Below are positions 27,136 through 41,113 of a stretch of 64,000 bases of DNA, in pieces (position 1 is the stretch's first letter; the number at the start of each line of letters is the position of its first letter). A program made the position numbers and the translations under genes. Location of the stretch: the NCBI RefSeq assembly GCF_006345805.1, contig NC_043011.1, positions 19,108,464 to 19,172,463 on the forward strand. The letters run 5' to 3'. The DNA is from Octopus sinensis (lineage: Eukaryota). The notes below the pieces were generated by a model. That model ran no database searches. It was not told where the DNA came from and worked only from the letters and a program-made list of their open reading frames with translations.

Positions 27136-28439
27136 CGTATGTATATATATATATATATATATAAATATGTATGTGTGTGTGTGTTTGTGTGTGTGTGTAT
27201 GTGTGCGTCTGTGTGTGTATATATGGATGTATATATACATATACATATACATATACCTTTATTAATCACAACAATTTTAGCGGGTGTGTGTTCCTGCGTT
27301 ACTTACGTCTTTAGTAAACTATAGTAAAGGGCATTTTATGCTGTTTTAATGGGCCCAAATCTAATTAAGCAACCATCCTTATGGTTGCTGATCACCATTA
27401 AAATGATTATATTCTCATTCATGTTCGAGATAGCCTTAAACGTACTCCACAGACTCATCCCTATTATCATGCTCTCCAGTATACTTTTATTCTTTGGAAT
27501 GGACAAGATGGGTATTATTTCAATATTCCACAGATTGAACCTGCAACAGGAAATTCAATTACAAACAAAAAGCGCCGTCAAATGACTTCTATTCTTACCA
27601 ACTTATACTAAGACCAGTAGAATCAAATCAATTACACGTACAAAAAAACTTTATTCTGATTAACATATTTTCTACGTTTTCTCAACAACCAGCTATAGGT
27701 ATTTGCAATACACTTCTCTACAATGACCAGTTTTCATTAGAATCTGTAAAGAGATTCACAGTTTCAATTTGAACCAAAATTACACAGTGTTGCATTACGA
27801 GAGTGACGATATGTGAATAATGGAAGTAATGTTTCTCCAAATTAGTAGCATTTGTATTATAATAAAGAAAGCCGCTTATTATCTACCTACCAAATTATGT
27901 TTTTGACTCAATAACTCTTTGTTATAACTAAAAATAACCTCGTCAACTAGGTTGGGACGCACAAATTTGAAGTAATATTCGGACAATATTTCGATTTCCT
28001 TCCAATGTTTCCCTTACGTCTGATGTTTCACGCATACCTATAATTCTACTCAGACAAACATTTATGAAAATGTACGCATAGATATAGTACTAAAATAAGC
28101 CAAAAGTAAAAATATTGCGTTAAAAGACATCCATTTTTCTAGATGTTGTGAATAAATACAGTCACACACATACACGCACACACATACACACACACACTCT
28201 CTCTCTCTCTCGCTCTCTCTCTCAGACACAACAAACATGTATGCATATGTATTTATGGGCGAAGGTAAAGAAATACGAACTACCGATGTTTAGGGTTACG
28301 GTTACGATTACGCCGAAAAAGGGGGGTGCGCATATTCATTACCTTCGTTATGTACATGTGCATGAAAGATAATGTGTGTGTGTGTGAAAGAGAGAGAGAG
28401 ACAGATAGACAGATAGACAGACAGAGAGAGAGCACGTGA

Positions 28440-28990
28440 GTGCCACTTCCATATTTACTCACTACCTCTTCCTTCTGTTTCTTTAACAATACTGCATTTC
28501 CATTATGATTGGCTGACTTATCCCAAATATTGCTCCAAATCTTTCAAGCTTCCCCTGCATTAGGTTTCACATCTTCAGTACTGTCTTCTCCACTATCTGT
28601 ATGGTTATGAAATCTTCACTATTCTGTCTTAAATAATCTATCTTCTCGATCCTGACCTATTCCATTATGATGTTTGAAAGTATTACTCGTTACTGCTGTT
28701 ATACACTGTTTCAACTCTCCTATGACCGTCCCAAATCCTTTCTCTTTGACTAAGTATCTTTTTTCAAGATAAGATTGAAATCTTGCATTTCCTAACTTGC
28801 TCACTTTCCCGGATTTTATTCTACTCAAATCTTGTCTTAAAATCTTCAATTTATTTTTAATCTCCTTTTCCACATTTACTCTTTTCTATTCTGTCCATGT
28901 GGAATATCTAATCCTCTAGTGAATGCTACCCCTTCTGCATAGATTAATAAGTTAGCGTCATCTATACATTTGTCTCTATATTACTGATAA
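28440..28990 (-). pseudogene. R4/Dong-like (site-specific, RLE-type) non-LTR retrotransposon ORF fragment, upstream of RT
   Basis: LIYAEGV..; WKRRL; KLKILRQDLSRIKSGKVSKLGN....LEKRY.VKEKG..TVIGELKQ.ITA; QDRLFKTE; KIWSNIWDKSANHN. Confidence 0.7.
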
Positions 28991-29216
28991 CAGATTATTA
29001 TTAGTAGTAGTAGTGGTAGTAGTAGTAAGTACTACTACTAGTAGTAGTAGTAGCAGTAGTATTGTTGTTGTCGTTACTATTTATTTACGAGTCATTATGC
29101 TCAGCGTGTATTAATTTGACATTTCTTACATAAATATTATGAAGAGGAATTGAAGGTGTATAAAAGTATTACGCCCCTTGCTTTCATTAGTGATATGTAA
29201 ATATATATATATGTAT

Positions 29217-29296
<80 letters not shown>

Positions 29297-31158
29297 TATG
29301 TATATGTATGTATGTATTATGTATGAATGTGGGTCTGCGTGCTTGCTTGTGTGTGTGTGTAAATTCTTTAATGCTCAACAGACACAATTGTGTTTCCCAC
29401 TCTTTGACTGCGGATATACATACATATTACTCCAGGTACTACGTTTCTCAGTTTTGCGTCTCCCAAATAGTTCTATATATATACATACACAATGTTCCCT
29501 ATATATTTATTTGGTAGGAGACTTTTGCGTTTATTTATTGTATAACTTTCTACATTCCGCAGTTCCTTTAGTTATATGAAGGTACACAGTCCCACACGCA
29601 TTGCAAAACTTTTGATAACACGTTTTGTATGCAAAAATATTATTTGCCAAACATAATATTATTACTAGTAGTACATATATGATATGACGTAACTGTTAAT
29701 GCGTCGAAAACATATTTAAAACTATTTCTTCAGATTCGTTACGGTTTGAGTTCATATTCTGCCATATTCAATGTTTCGTTTCGGCAATGAAAATAAAATA
29801 CTAGTGACGTACTGCTGTGAAATTTACAAGCTCGCCCGCATTCCCTCAAAATTACTTGCCTTGTACCCAAATTAGAAAGAAAAATAGTTAGTGCTAGTGG
29901 GAAGAGGTGCGGCAGTAACAGCAGAATCTGGTTTTGTTTTTATTTTAATTATCCTTGTCTAATATTAGCACGAAAGCAGTATTTGCTAAAATGATGTGTT
30001 TTTACTCTCATGTTCTGTCCTTTATTTTACTGATTAATTTATTGATAAAATTATGAAGAAAATCATAGAAATAAAGTAAAGAATACTGACAATAAATATT
30101 GAATATTGCCAATTATTTTTATGTCATTATTCTCCGGTAAAGCAAGATCAAACTTCACCTAATTTAGAAAAATTAGTGTAAAAATCCACCTAAAAGAAAA
30201 TATCTTAATCTAAATTATAAACAACAATTAAAATTTAAATTGCAATATGCGAAATGTGGTTTTAAGCAATAATTAAGGAAGAAGTTTTTTCTTTCTTCAA
30301 AATATGTAATCTATTTTAATCAAAATTATTCCTATGGAGGACAGATATCTGATTCGGCTTTACTGCCAAAGTTCTAAGCGTAGCATGCAGCCCATTTACA
30401 TGCAATTATATTTTAAATAGGAAATTGTTAAAATATCCTTTAAAATACTAAACACATTTTCCCAAAATTCTGATAAGAGTTTGAAATTTAAAATAGTAAT
30501 CTTCTTTTTTCTTTTCTGTACAATGATAGAGAATGCTTTGAAGTTTTCAAAAGCATGAAAATGCCTTAAAATAATTTTCAAACACTTGTTTGAAATATTG
30601 AGTATAGGGGAGCTGTCATATACATTGATGTTTTCTAATTATATTTCAAAATGGTGGATGCACTAAACATTGGATGAATTGAACGTCGAGTGGTTGCCAA
30701 AGAAATCTCTTTAGCTCGCGTAAACAGCTCTACAATGAATGCATTAAAGCCTATTTTTACTGTGTCCATAAACTTGAACATTTCGTGATGCAGAATGCAG
30801 TTCAATGTGCCTGGTTCAGTTACAGGTGTCTCTTTTCTATGCAAAACATATACTATTCGCAAGTATAATAAAAGAACCTATTTATTGCAAAGCACTATTA
30901 TAGGAGCAAATATACTTCTATGTCTTGACTTTGGTAAATATGTCAGATAAGGCGTTGTTATAGGAACAATTATGTGTGAGCAAGAAACACAAAAGCCCTC
31001 TTACACACACAAACGAACCTCATGAATGTGTATTTATGTATGCAAGTATGTATGTTTGTTTGTACGTGGGCATGTCTGTATATATATATGTGTATGTGTA
31101 TGTGTGAGTGTGCGTGTGTGTATATACACACACACGCACACACACACACACATATATA

Positions 31159-31560
31159 GGTGCAAGCGTGGTTGTGTAGTAAGTAGCTTGCTTACCAACC
31201 ACATGGTACGGGGTTCAGTCCCACTGCGTGGCACTCCAGGCAGGCGTCTTCCACTATCTACTCTAAATTCGGGCCGCCTAAAGCCTTGTGAGTGGATTTG
31301 GTCGACGGAGACCGAATGAAGCCCGTCGTATATGTATTTGTGTGTGTGTGTATGTGCGTGTGTGTATATGTATGTTTGTTTTCTGTGCTGTCCTCCCACC
31401 AACGCTTGACAACCTATGTCAATGAGTTTACGTCCCCGTAACATAGTGGTTCGGATGGAATAAGTACTAGGCGTACAAGGAATAAGTCATGGGATCGATT
31501 TGTTCGACTAAAGTCGGTGTTCCAACTTGGCCGCAGTCAAATGACTGAAACAAGTAAAAA
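31159..31560 (+). mobile_element. Near full-length tRNA-derived SINE
   Basis: A box TGGTTGTGTAG, B box GGTTCAGTCCC, internal (TG)n, tail 'ggccgcagtcaaatgactgaaacaagtaaaa'. Confidence 0.85.
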
Positions 31561-32842
31561 AAAAATAAAAAAAAAAAATATATATATATATATGCATTCA
31601 TACGTACATATATATCATCTATTTCCTCTAGTGTCTTTCGTAAAATAAATGGCGACTTCTGTTTGTACAGAGTAGTGTGACAAATGAAAAAAAGTAGTAT
31701 TATTCTTTTTCCCCAAAGACAGAAAACAAATCGATCTATGAGATAGAATTCAAATTCAATATTATGCCGAAACGTGGAAAACTATCGTTATTAGCTGTAC
31801 ATATACTCAGGAATGTTCTGTTCAAGCAATGTTTCATTTGAATAAATAGTGCTTATTCGAAATACTGAGTCAAGGTGGGATATTGATGGATGATATAGAA
31901 TTGCATGAATTGATTCTGGTGTTGTTGCTAAAAAATGAAAATAAGCTAGATACTCAAATTAATTAATGATGCGCTAAATAATGTCTACTAAATACTATAG
32001 CGCAACATACACAAACAGATGTATTGGATCGATTGTAAATTGATACCATCTTCTTTCCTCTGCTTGAAAATAAAATTAATTTACCTTTGAGGCTTTAAAT
32101 CTCATTTCATTGTCTCCAGGGATACTTATGTAGTTAGTAGGTATTCGTTTTCATTAATATAATTAGCTTTCTCAAGAAAAAAAACGCGAATTGGATAAAT
32201 AATGTCTTCTTGGAACGAGAGTTGAACTAATTAATTACGTATTAAATATGTACATTCAATAGAATATATGTAACGTAGCGTAAATTACACTTTTTGTTAT
32301 TCTTCGGTTTAAACCACATACATCACCGCCTTGCGACAAATGGCTTTATTTCTTGATTTCGATCTATCCGTGGAGAGGAAAAAAGTATCAATTTAGTCGA
32401 TATATCTGTATACGCCAGAAAGTAAAAATACATTTGTTTATAATAGTTACAAACTTCGATGGCTCCGTTGAGATATATTTACCCCGAAGACCTCAAATGG
32501 TATACCAAAGAATACACGAGGTTTAGATCATAATTAATTAATTTAAATATATCAGCGACGTAGCATTATCTCTAGACAGGCAAATTAATAGATTGAGCAA
32601 AGTTATTAAGTTGAATGCCGTTAGTTGTCAAACTGATTCTACCTTCGGGAAAAACAAATTCTACATTATCTCCGATGATAATACGAAATGGGTTGAAACC
32701 GGTGCTGTAAATTCATTCATTTCTTTCCACAGGAACACGAAAAAATACTTTTGTGTCATAAAATAATTTCGAAAGACGTCTGTAAATAAATGCGCACACC
32801 TACATATGATACTCGTGCGCGAACACACAAGCACACAAACGC

Positions 32843-32891
<49 letters not shown>

Positions 32892-33726
32892 GAAATAGAT
32901 AGATAGATAGATAGACAGATAGATAGATAGAGGTATCTATATGCATATACACACGCATATATATGAGAGTAAGTCAAAGATTATACACATGTTCAGTAAC
33001 ACGTTAAGTTGGCTTTGCTCTTTCCAGCGTTCGTGTGGTAAACGCAAGTACTTATGTGGCTAGGTAAACAATGTTTGATCTTGATCACTTCATTCTTCCC
33101 TGTTGCATAACAGAATAAACATGGCCGCACCGACGTTAATATGCACAGAAAAGTACCTACGTATATGTTTCAGGCTTAACATCTAGATGATGTGAATTTC
33201 CAAGCATATTACTTTATGTGAAGGAGGTTTGCACATTGAAACTATATTGTGGTAGGATTTTGTCACGGTTTAAAAAAGAGCTAACGCAACTTAGGTAATC
33301 GTTTCTCGCTTGAGATAAAATGATTATTTATGTTACATATGCTTAGTATTATCTACGTTGCGTATTATCTATGTTTACTGTATATATGTACGTATAGTTT
33401 TTTGCTATGTGTATGTATATGTAAATGTATATGTATTTTTATGATGTTAGTTCTCTGTAAGTGAATATTTGTATTTTGAATGAAACTATCTTTTTAACTA
33501 AATTAAATTCATTTTACCATTAATGAATTTACCCTGAGTGTACAAGTTTTTTTCCTTCTACTAAAGCTAATTTTTCATTGAATTTTTTTCGATTTAAAAT
33601 AATATGATTCTAAGTTGTAATTCTAATTTCATATAACCGGTTATTGAAAGGACCAATGAAACCAAACCAATTCCATATGTCTATCTATGAGTGTAATTGC
33701 ATATTTATACATATAATATTATATAT

Positions 33727-33779
<53 letters not shown>

Positions 33780-34205
33780 TATATCAGAAAGAGTTATTTG
33801 TGAGGGATTATCAGCCGGGTAATGTATTTCATAAGCTCTCTGTTGACACTCCTTAAAAGCAATATTGTGTAGATTAGTAAAGAACTCTGTGTATTCTTAT
33901 GGCAGGCTCCGAGGTTATAGTTCATCACCATTCTGTATTGTATATCCGTGGTCCCACTCCATGCAAACTAGTCCTTTTCACACAATTATATACAAACAAG
34001 GTAGAAATAATGGTCATTGCCCATTGAGCAGTATACCTCGTCTTCTATATATATATATATGTGTCTTTGTGCATGTGAGTGTGTGTGTGCCTATATATAT
34101 ATTCAATAATGAGGGTGAATAAAATTATAGATATTCATTTAATAATACCCTTATTTTAACACCAAGCGACCTAGCACAAAAGAACCGGGGATAAAAATTC
34201 ATATT

Positions 34206-34295
34206 TATCCGTAAATATTACAGAGCCAACTTTGACCGGTGGGTCTATGTCTAGCACATAGATTTAACATACTCAAAGTTGGCTCTCTAATATTT

Positions 34296-34302
<7 letters not shown>
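34206..34302. repeat. 30-bp-arm inverted repeat with an inner hairpin (decayed hammerhead-like layout)
   Basis: tatccgtaaatattacagagccaactttga ... tcaaagttggctctctaatatttacggata; inner TCTATGT(CTAGC)ACATAGA. Confidence 0.8.
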
Positions 34303-34348
<46 letters not shown>

Positions 34349-35603
34349 CATGTGTGTGCGTGTGTGTGTATGAGTGTTTGTGTGTGTGTATGTATGTATC
34401 TATGTTTTTATATATGCATGTAAATTGAATGACAAATTAAAGCAGCTCTAGAGCTGCACACATTATACACTGTACATACTCACAGTATGAGATTCTTTCT
34501 CCACTGGTTCACTGCATTGTGGCTCTTGAAGGACTACTCCCTCATAAGTGTGGATGTTAAAGCCCGTAAAACTCATAGAGAAGCAATCAACTCACCTCTG
34601 ATCGAATTCAGGAAAATGGATATCGATATTTCAATATTTTTGTAGCTTATCAACGTCACGAACCTGAATCGAACCGGGGACGAATGGCATCACAAATCCA
34701 GAGCTAAATATAAATTGTGTAAGAACTACTTGCTGGCATACCACTGCGATGGTTACGTAAGATTAAATTCAATACAATTCAGGTAAAAAATTGGCGGAAT
34801 ATCAGTATCCGCTACACCTAGATTCGATTGGAGGCCAGCTGTCTCGCTTACCTATGACCTTCAGGTGTTTTAAAAAACAGCGTTATGATGAAGTCGTCCA
34901 TTTATCGCTATTCGGTGTCAAGCTGGCAATGAAACAGATCGCATACATTATGAATGTGCGTTGAATACTATATATATATATATAGAGAGAGAGAGAGCTA
35001 TATCTATACATAGACATAGATAGATAGATAAATTGATAGATAGATAGATATATAGATAGATTAGGTAGGGATGGAAGTAGGTACGGAGGGAATGCGTGAA
35101 AGAGGGGGACCGAGGGAGGTAGATAGGTAGACAGGCAGATATTATGCCGGCAGGCAGGTATTATGCAGGCAGGCAGGTAGATATGTAGGTAGCTAGATAT
35201 GTATGCATGTATGTATGTAGGTAGGTAGGTAGGTAGGTAGGTTGGTATGTAGGTATGTACGTAGGTAGGTAGGTATAAGTGTGTATCCTAAGAGCTGTAA
35301 GACCCTTAAAATTTATATCAATCAAACTTATGATTAAATATTATTTTTCAGTTTTATTCTGTATCGTGTAAATCGAATTAGGGTTAACAACAAGACATCT
35401 AACATCAGATTCTGTTTTATAATTATAGTAATATCAGAAATTGAGTTGTATTTGTTTGATAACGTCTTTCGTAATACTGTAAATAATGTTGAGACCAGAA
35501 CCTTGTCATTTAGTGTAGACCACTAATGGACGTTTGGGTCATATGCATGACCTCAGCTGAAGGTTTGTTTATTCATATTTCATAAATGGAATTGAATAAG
35601 TGA

Positions 35604-36012
35604 ACAGGAGTGGCTTTGTGGTAAGTAGCTTTCTCACGAACCACATGGTCCCAGGTTCAGTCCCACTGTGTGGCATCGTGAGCAAGTGTCTTCTACTATA
35701 GTCCTGGGTCGACCAAAGCCTTGTGAGTGGATTTGGTAGTCGGAAACTGAAAGGGGCCCGTCATATATATGTATAGATATATATGCATGTGTGAATATGT
35801 TTGTGTGTCTGTATTACCCCCACCACCACCACCAAACATCGCGTGACAACCGATGCTGGCGTGTTTACGCCCCCGTAACAAATCGGTTCGGCAAAAGAGA
35901 CCGATAGAATAAGTACTAGGCTTACAAAGAATAAGTCCTGGTGTTGATTTGATCGACAAAAGGAGGTGTTCCAGCATAGCCACAGTTAGATGACTGAAAC
36001 AAATAAAAGAGT
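35604..36012 (+). mobile_element. Near full-length tRNA-derived SINE, same family as 31159
   Basis: A/B boxes (TGGCTTTGTGG, GGTTCAGTCCC) and the same body and tail. Confidence 0.85.
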
Positions 36013-36413
36013 AAGTTGGAAGTGTAAACATAGGACTATTAAGTTTGAATATTTTGGATATACTACTTTGGTTATAGCATTTGCTTCAGTACCTTACTTT
36101 AGGTCCTGAAAATACAGATAAAATCATGCTTATTCATTTTCTCATCCATGTATGTTAAAATTCGATATTTTTAATTCTCTACTTTGTAAATATACACATG
36201 AAAAACATATCTGAATAGAGTAAGGAAACTTAAATCGATGCGAAATTTTATTATATTTTTGAATGAATATATACTCTGATGATGATTTCACGCTTTCATG
36301 GTTCATTGTTTTTTTTTTAAAATCTGCTGTAAATTTTCTTAGCGTGTTGTAGAGACAAAAATTGCTAAATCTGTTGAAATTTCATAAATGACCAAATTTA
36401 TAAAATGTTATAA

Positions 36414-36706
36414 AAAACAATTGCAGCGTGGAAGGTGTTTATAAGCCACTTAAGAAACACACAAAAGCGTTAGATTCACTTCAACATTTAAATTTAATTT
36501 GTCAAAATATTTTCGTCGCTTTGAGACCGCGACCTGTTCACTGACAAAGCTTCGTACTGCATCTAACCCTAACCCTCAGTGAACAGGTCGCGGTCTCAAA
36601 GCGATAAAAATATTTTGACAAATTAAATTTAAATGTTGAAGTGAATCTAACGGTTTTGTGTGTTTCTTAAATGGCTTATAAACACCTTCCACGCTGCAAT
36701 TGTTTT
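36414..36706. repeat. Large palindrome (~131-bp arms, 30-bp spacer containing CTAACCCTAACCCT)
   Basis: Arms 36414-36545 and 36576-36706 are reverse complements with only a few mismatches. Confidence 0.95.
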
Positions 36707-38609
36707 CCTTCCAGCACACGATCTCAGATCAAGTCATCTCCGTATATAAAACAACTATGGATAAATTCATAAAGTAGTTTCCTTTTTACCTTTCAGTCCC
36801 AGACATTTTCCTGATTCATGAGGCCTATGATCAAAATGTATTCCAGACATGACACCCTATCTGTTTTAAGTGGGTAAGATGTTAAATGCAGATGTGAGAC
36901 GTTATAAAATCTTCGCTGTGTATATCATGATTACAGAATGCGAATGTCATCAAAATAATATTGAAATATAAAGTGACATGTCTCATGCATCTTAAAATGT
37001 GTAGCTTTATCAGTCTATGACATATATCAACGGCATCACATAATTAATTCTAGAGAGTTATTCTATATTTCTGGTATTAACAATATTCAAACAACGAGTG
37101 CTATTTTGTGTACGAATATTCTGTAAAATTATCTAAATGCTCTGTAAAGACAGTAACTTAGTATATATGTAAATACTATTCCTGATAATAAATACATTCT
37201 GGCATTTGGGGGCTAAGAACCCATTAGAACTACTGATTGTTTACTGTAATTTTTTTACTAAGTCTTACATATGAGAACGTTATAGTTAAGAACAACACGT
37301 TGACAACAAGATTACTGATCTCCGACTTAGGTTTATTTTTTGATATCATTTCATATACAGAGGTAGTCTATGGCTTTCTACTTCTTGTCTAAACATGTAC
37401 TAACATAATAGATGTATCTTAAGTCAACTTCGCCGCATTATTCTACACAACGTGCAACCAGCAAGGCACTTTATAGTTAAATATGATTAGCTTAAGAATT
37501 ATGAAGAGCTCTATTTTGATGTGGATAGTAATCCTCCATATATCTTCAAATTCTTAGAGATTATTGAGAGACTTTAATAGATTATATTTCTTGGTTTCCA
37601 AATAATAGCAACTCCAGAGGAGATAAAAACAAATCCAAACTCGCTAGGTGGTCTTGAATGTCACCTGTGTTATATTAAAGAAAGTAAAAGTTTACGATCC
37701 TTCCTGACAGTTTTCCCAGATGAACTGAATATATTTTCAGAATGTTCATAATACGAGGTAAAGAAGGTTAGCTATTGATCTAAAATATCCACTGGCTTAA
37801 CTTTACTATAAATACATGTAAGCCAAGTTGAAGGATTTAGAATCCCGTTTACTCTAAGTACAATTGATTCAGAAATATTCTACAGACTGCATCATTGGTT
37901 TTCCTAAGGCTAAATTGTAACTACTTTATTTCTATCTGATTCCAAGTCACCAATATTAAATTTACTTGTTTATTTATATATAATCTATAAGTTCAATTAC
38001 GTGTGTCAGGTTTCGTAAACATGTAGTAAAATACATTTTCAAAAATCATTATATTTGTTATTGACTGAAATTAATTTCGCATTATTGGAGAATAAAAGCT
38101 ATGTACTTCGGTTTCAATACATAACAAATAGTAATTCTCAATATAAACTAAGAGGTAGAATGAAGCAAGTATATATACCATATATATTATTAAGAGACTA
38201 TCTCTAAATGAGACACTTTAAGACAACTTGACGCTTTTGGTTAGTATAAGAGAGAGAGTCATAAAACTCTGATATATTCATTCAGTTGGTGCAAGCGAAT
38301 TTATATTATGAAGTTATTATTGTCATCAAATACGATAACTCATAACGTAACTTTAAAGTTTTAGTAACGCCTATAGTATTATATTTGTTATCAGATTTCT
38401 GAATGATCTTCAGCTTTTCTTATGCAATTAATTAGAGCAAATAATTTTCCATTCCAGAAACGTTTTATGCTCAATATCAGTACTTAGGAACTTTAAAGAT
38501 TAGGAATGTGATGGACAAGTATTCTTAATAAATATATACATCATATACATCATACAGCAATTACATAAAATGTCAAATAACTTCGAAATAATAACATTGA
38601 TACATATAT

Positions 38610-38656
<47 letters not shown>

Positions 38657-38781
38657 CTATATATATATATTATATATATATATATTGTTCTGAGTCTGCG
38701 CAGTGTTTTGAATAGTTTAGAAAGAGTATTTCGATAGACGCACATGGGTCTATTGATATGGTCTTCCCATCATTAACAGAA

Positions 38782-38854
38782 TCTTACTGAAGAGCCAGCC
38801 TGAGTAAATAAATACTATTTTTATTACTGAATTTGGCGAAACTGCAGTATAAGA
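38782..38854 (+). ncRNA. Type I hammerhead ribozyme, copy 1
   Basis: UCUUA-CUGAAGA-GCCAG...UUGGC-GAAA-C(UGCA)G-UA-UAAGA. Stem I 5 bp, extended stem II, palindromic stem III; predicted cleavage after 38849. Confidence 0.85.
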
Positions 38855-39186
38855 AAAGTTAAGTTTGTAAAAGTTTTTTAATTTTCATCTCGCTAAATTT
38901 ATCCAGCTATTGTGTATCTAGTGCACTCTTCGCCTTGAATGTAATGATATATGTATAATATATGGCGTGTACTGGTACACCGGCGATTATAATTAATTTT
39001 ATTATCGCATTTATCTTTGTTTACATATTCTCTCGATAAATTTCTGACCGTTAGACGATATACCACAATCCCCTATTTTGTGTCGGGTTTGTTCTGAGTC
39101 TGCGCAGTGTTTTGAATAGTTTAGAAAGAGTATTTCGATAGACGCACATGGGTCTATTGATATGGTCTTCCCATCATTAACAGGAA

Positions 39187-39259
39187 TCTTACTGAAGAGC
39201 CAGCCTGAGTAAATAAATACTATTTTTATTACTGAATTTGGCGAAACTGCAGTATAAGA
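39187..39259 (+). ncRNA. Type I hammerhead ribozyme, copy 2
   Basis: Same sequence as copy 1; predicted cleavage after 39254. Confidence 0.85.
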
Positions 39260-39423
39260 AAAGTTAAGTTTGTAAAAGTTTTTAATTTTCATCTCGCTAA
39301 TTTATCCAGCTATTGTGTATCTAGTGCACTCTTCGCCTTGAATGTAATGATATATGTATAATATATGGCGTGTACTGGTACACCGGCGATTATAATTCAT
39401 TTTATTGTATCGCATTTATCTTT

Positions 39424-39497
<74 letters not shown>

Positions 39498-39699
39498 GGT
39501 ATATATATATGTATTATTAATAATAATAATACGACAACAGAATGAATGAGACCTCTATTAAGCAAAATAGAGGAATTTATCTATAAATATAATATGTAAC
39601 ATTTAGTTGATTGCCATAATAAAACTAAAATTTTCGGATACAGGTGCTGAAATCTGCTCCGGCATAGAAGTAAAGGAAAAATAGGAATAGGAAAATTAT

Positions 39700-40190
39700 T
39701 TGCTTCACACCACCTTTCTCACTCGAAGTGACCTTTAATATAGGTAGATAATTATTATCCCATTTAGATAGGCATTTACCAATCAATCATAATTATAGAA
39801 AGTTCTTTAATGGGCACAACTTTAAAATTAGTTTTAGTTCTACTACTAACTTTAAAAATATTATTGCACACAACAAACAAAAACAACAAAATGAAGCCGG
39901 TTGTTCCTGCAGATTTAAAAGTCTGTGCCCGCTAAATGCAGCTTGTATGAACGAGGCCATCATTTATGAAGCCACGGTAGACTCTATAAACCACTAAGGA
40001 CATAATTTCGTCAAAGAAATTGATGGCTCTCAAAGGGGTAAGTTTTAAAGCCAGGTTCAAATATCACACCTTAAGCTTCAGACGCTGGGATTAAAGGAAG
40101 ACAACCATATTATCCACTTATACATGCTCCTTAAAAGAAAACGGTGTCAACTATAAGATCCACTGGAAGATCTTGGCGAAGTTGAAGACG
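39700..40190 (+). pseudogene. Decayed PLE linker plus GIY-YIG fragment (Naiad-like)
   Basis: ICFTPPFSLEVTFNIGR; FFNGHNFKISFS; GCSCRFKSLCPLNAACMNEAIIYEATV; FKARFKYHTLSF; TILSTY..SLKENGVNYKIHWKIL. Confidence 0.85.
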
Positions 40191-40252
40191 GCGGGGGATG
40201 GAAAACAAAGACGCACAAATGCACACACACACTCACACACACAAATATATAC

Positions 40253-40269
<17 letters not shown>

Positions 40270-40290
<21 letters not shown>

Positions 40291-40435
40291 GACATCCTTT
40301 CAGTTTCCATCTACCAAGTCCACTCACAGGGCTTTGGCCTGCTCGAGTGCTATAGTAGAAGACACTTGCTCAGGATGTCACACAGTAGTACTGAACCCGG
40401 ATTGCTGCTGTTGGGAAGCAAGCATCTTATCACGC

Positions 40436-40436
<1 letters not shown>
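40270..40436 (-). mobile_element. SINE 5' fragment (family of 31159); duplicated at 42996-43140
   Basis: Reverse complement of the 'ggttcagt..gcaagtgtcttctactatagc..aagccctgtgagtggacttgg' block. Confidence 0.75.
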
Positions 40437-40468
<32 letters not shown>

Positions 40469-41067
40469 ACGATTTACAATGGAAATACCATTCACATTTG
40501 TATACGCATAGACGTTTTGCCAGAAATACAGATAGGTCTTCTTCAAATAAATAATACAGGATCAACTAGGAGAGGGAAAATGTTGACTTTTGAAATATGC
40601 TTGGCAAAACAACGTAGCAAACAGGCATTGGATTTCTTGCATAAATAACTATTGTTTATCACAAGGGCATTACGTATTCACATAATCCTCAAATCTATAT
40701 ATTTCCATGTCATAGTCCTTATTTTGCCGTCAGCATTTTTTGATTCCTAGCTATATCTGCAATACAATCATTGTAATCTTTATCATCGGTGCATCATGTA
40801 ATAAATTTATTTCAATGTTTATTGCACTTTACGTCACCACACAAATTATTTCAGTGAATTCTGTTGGTCATATTTTGAATATTGTCTACTGTATAATTCA
40901 AACTTAACAAAGTCTTAGGGAGCAGTTTCTTAACATATTTGACATTGTTTCGGCGGAACAAACATAGTGTACATCAAGCGGAATTTTCAACACACACTCA
41001 CACACACGTGTGTGTGTATATATAATGTTAAATATATATATACACACACATATATATATGGGGTATG

Positions 41068-41113
<46 letters not shown>

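Larger units (their letters stand above)
38685..39428 (+). mobile_element. Tandem direct repeat (~405-bp unit, ~1.8 copies) flanked by (TA)n on both sides; retrozyme/PLE pLTR-like
   Basis: 38685-39023 is nearly identical to 39089-39428; each copy carries a hammerhead. Confidence 0.9.

Noticed and set aside
28308-28332. TTTAGGGTTACGGTTACGATTACG, a degenerate telomere-like series
   Set aside because: Only one true TTAGGG unit; too short to distinguish from a simple repeat.
34646-34756. Possible 111-nt host exon (tttttgtag | LINVTNLNRTGDEWHHKSRAKYKLCKNYLLAYHCDGY | gtaaga)
   Set aside because: Plausible splice sites and an open frame, but no recognisable homology or partner exons; needs RNA-seq or BLAST.
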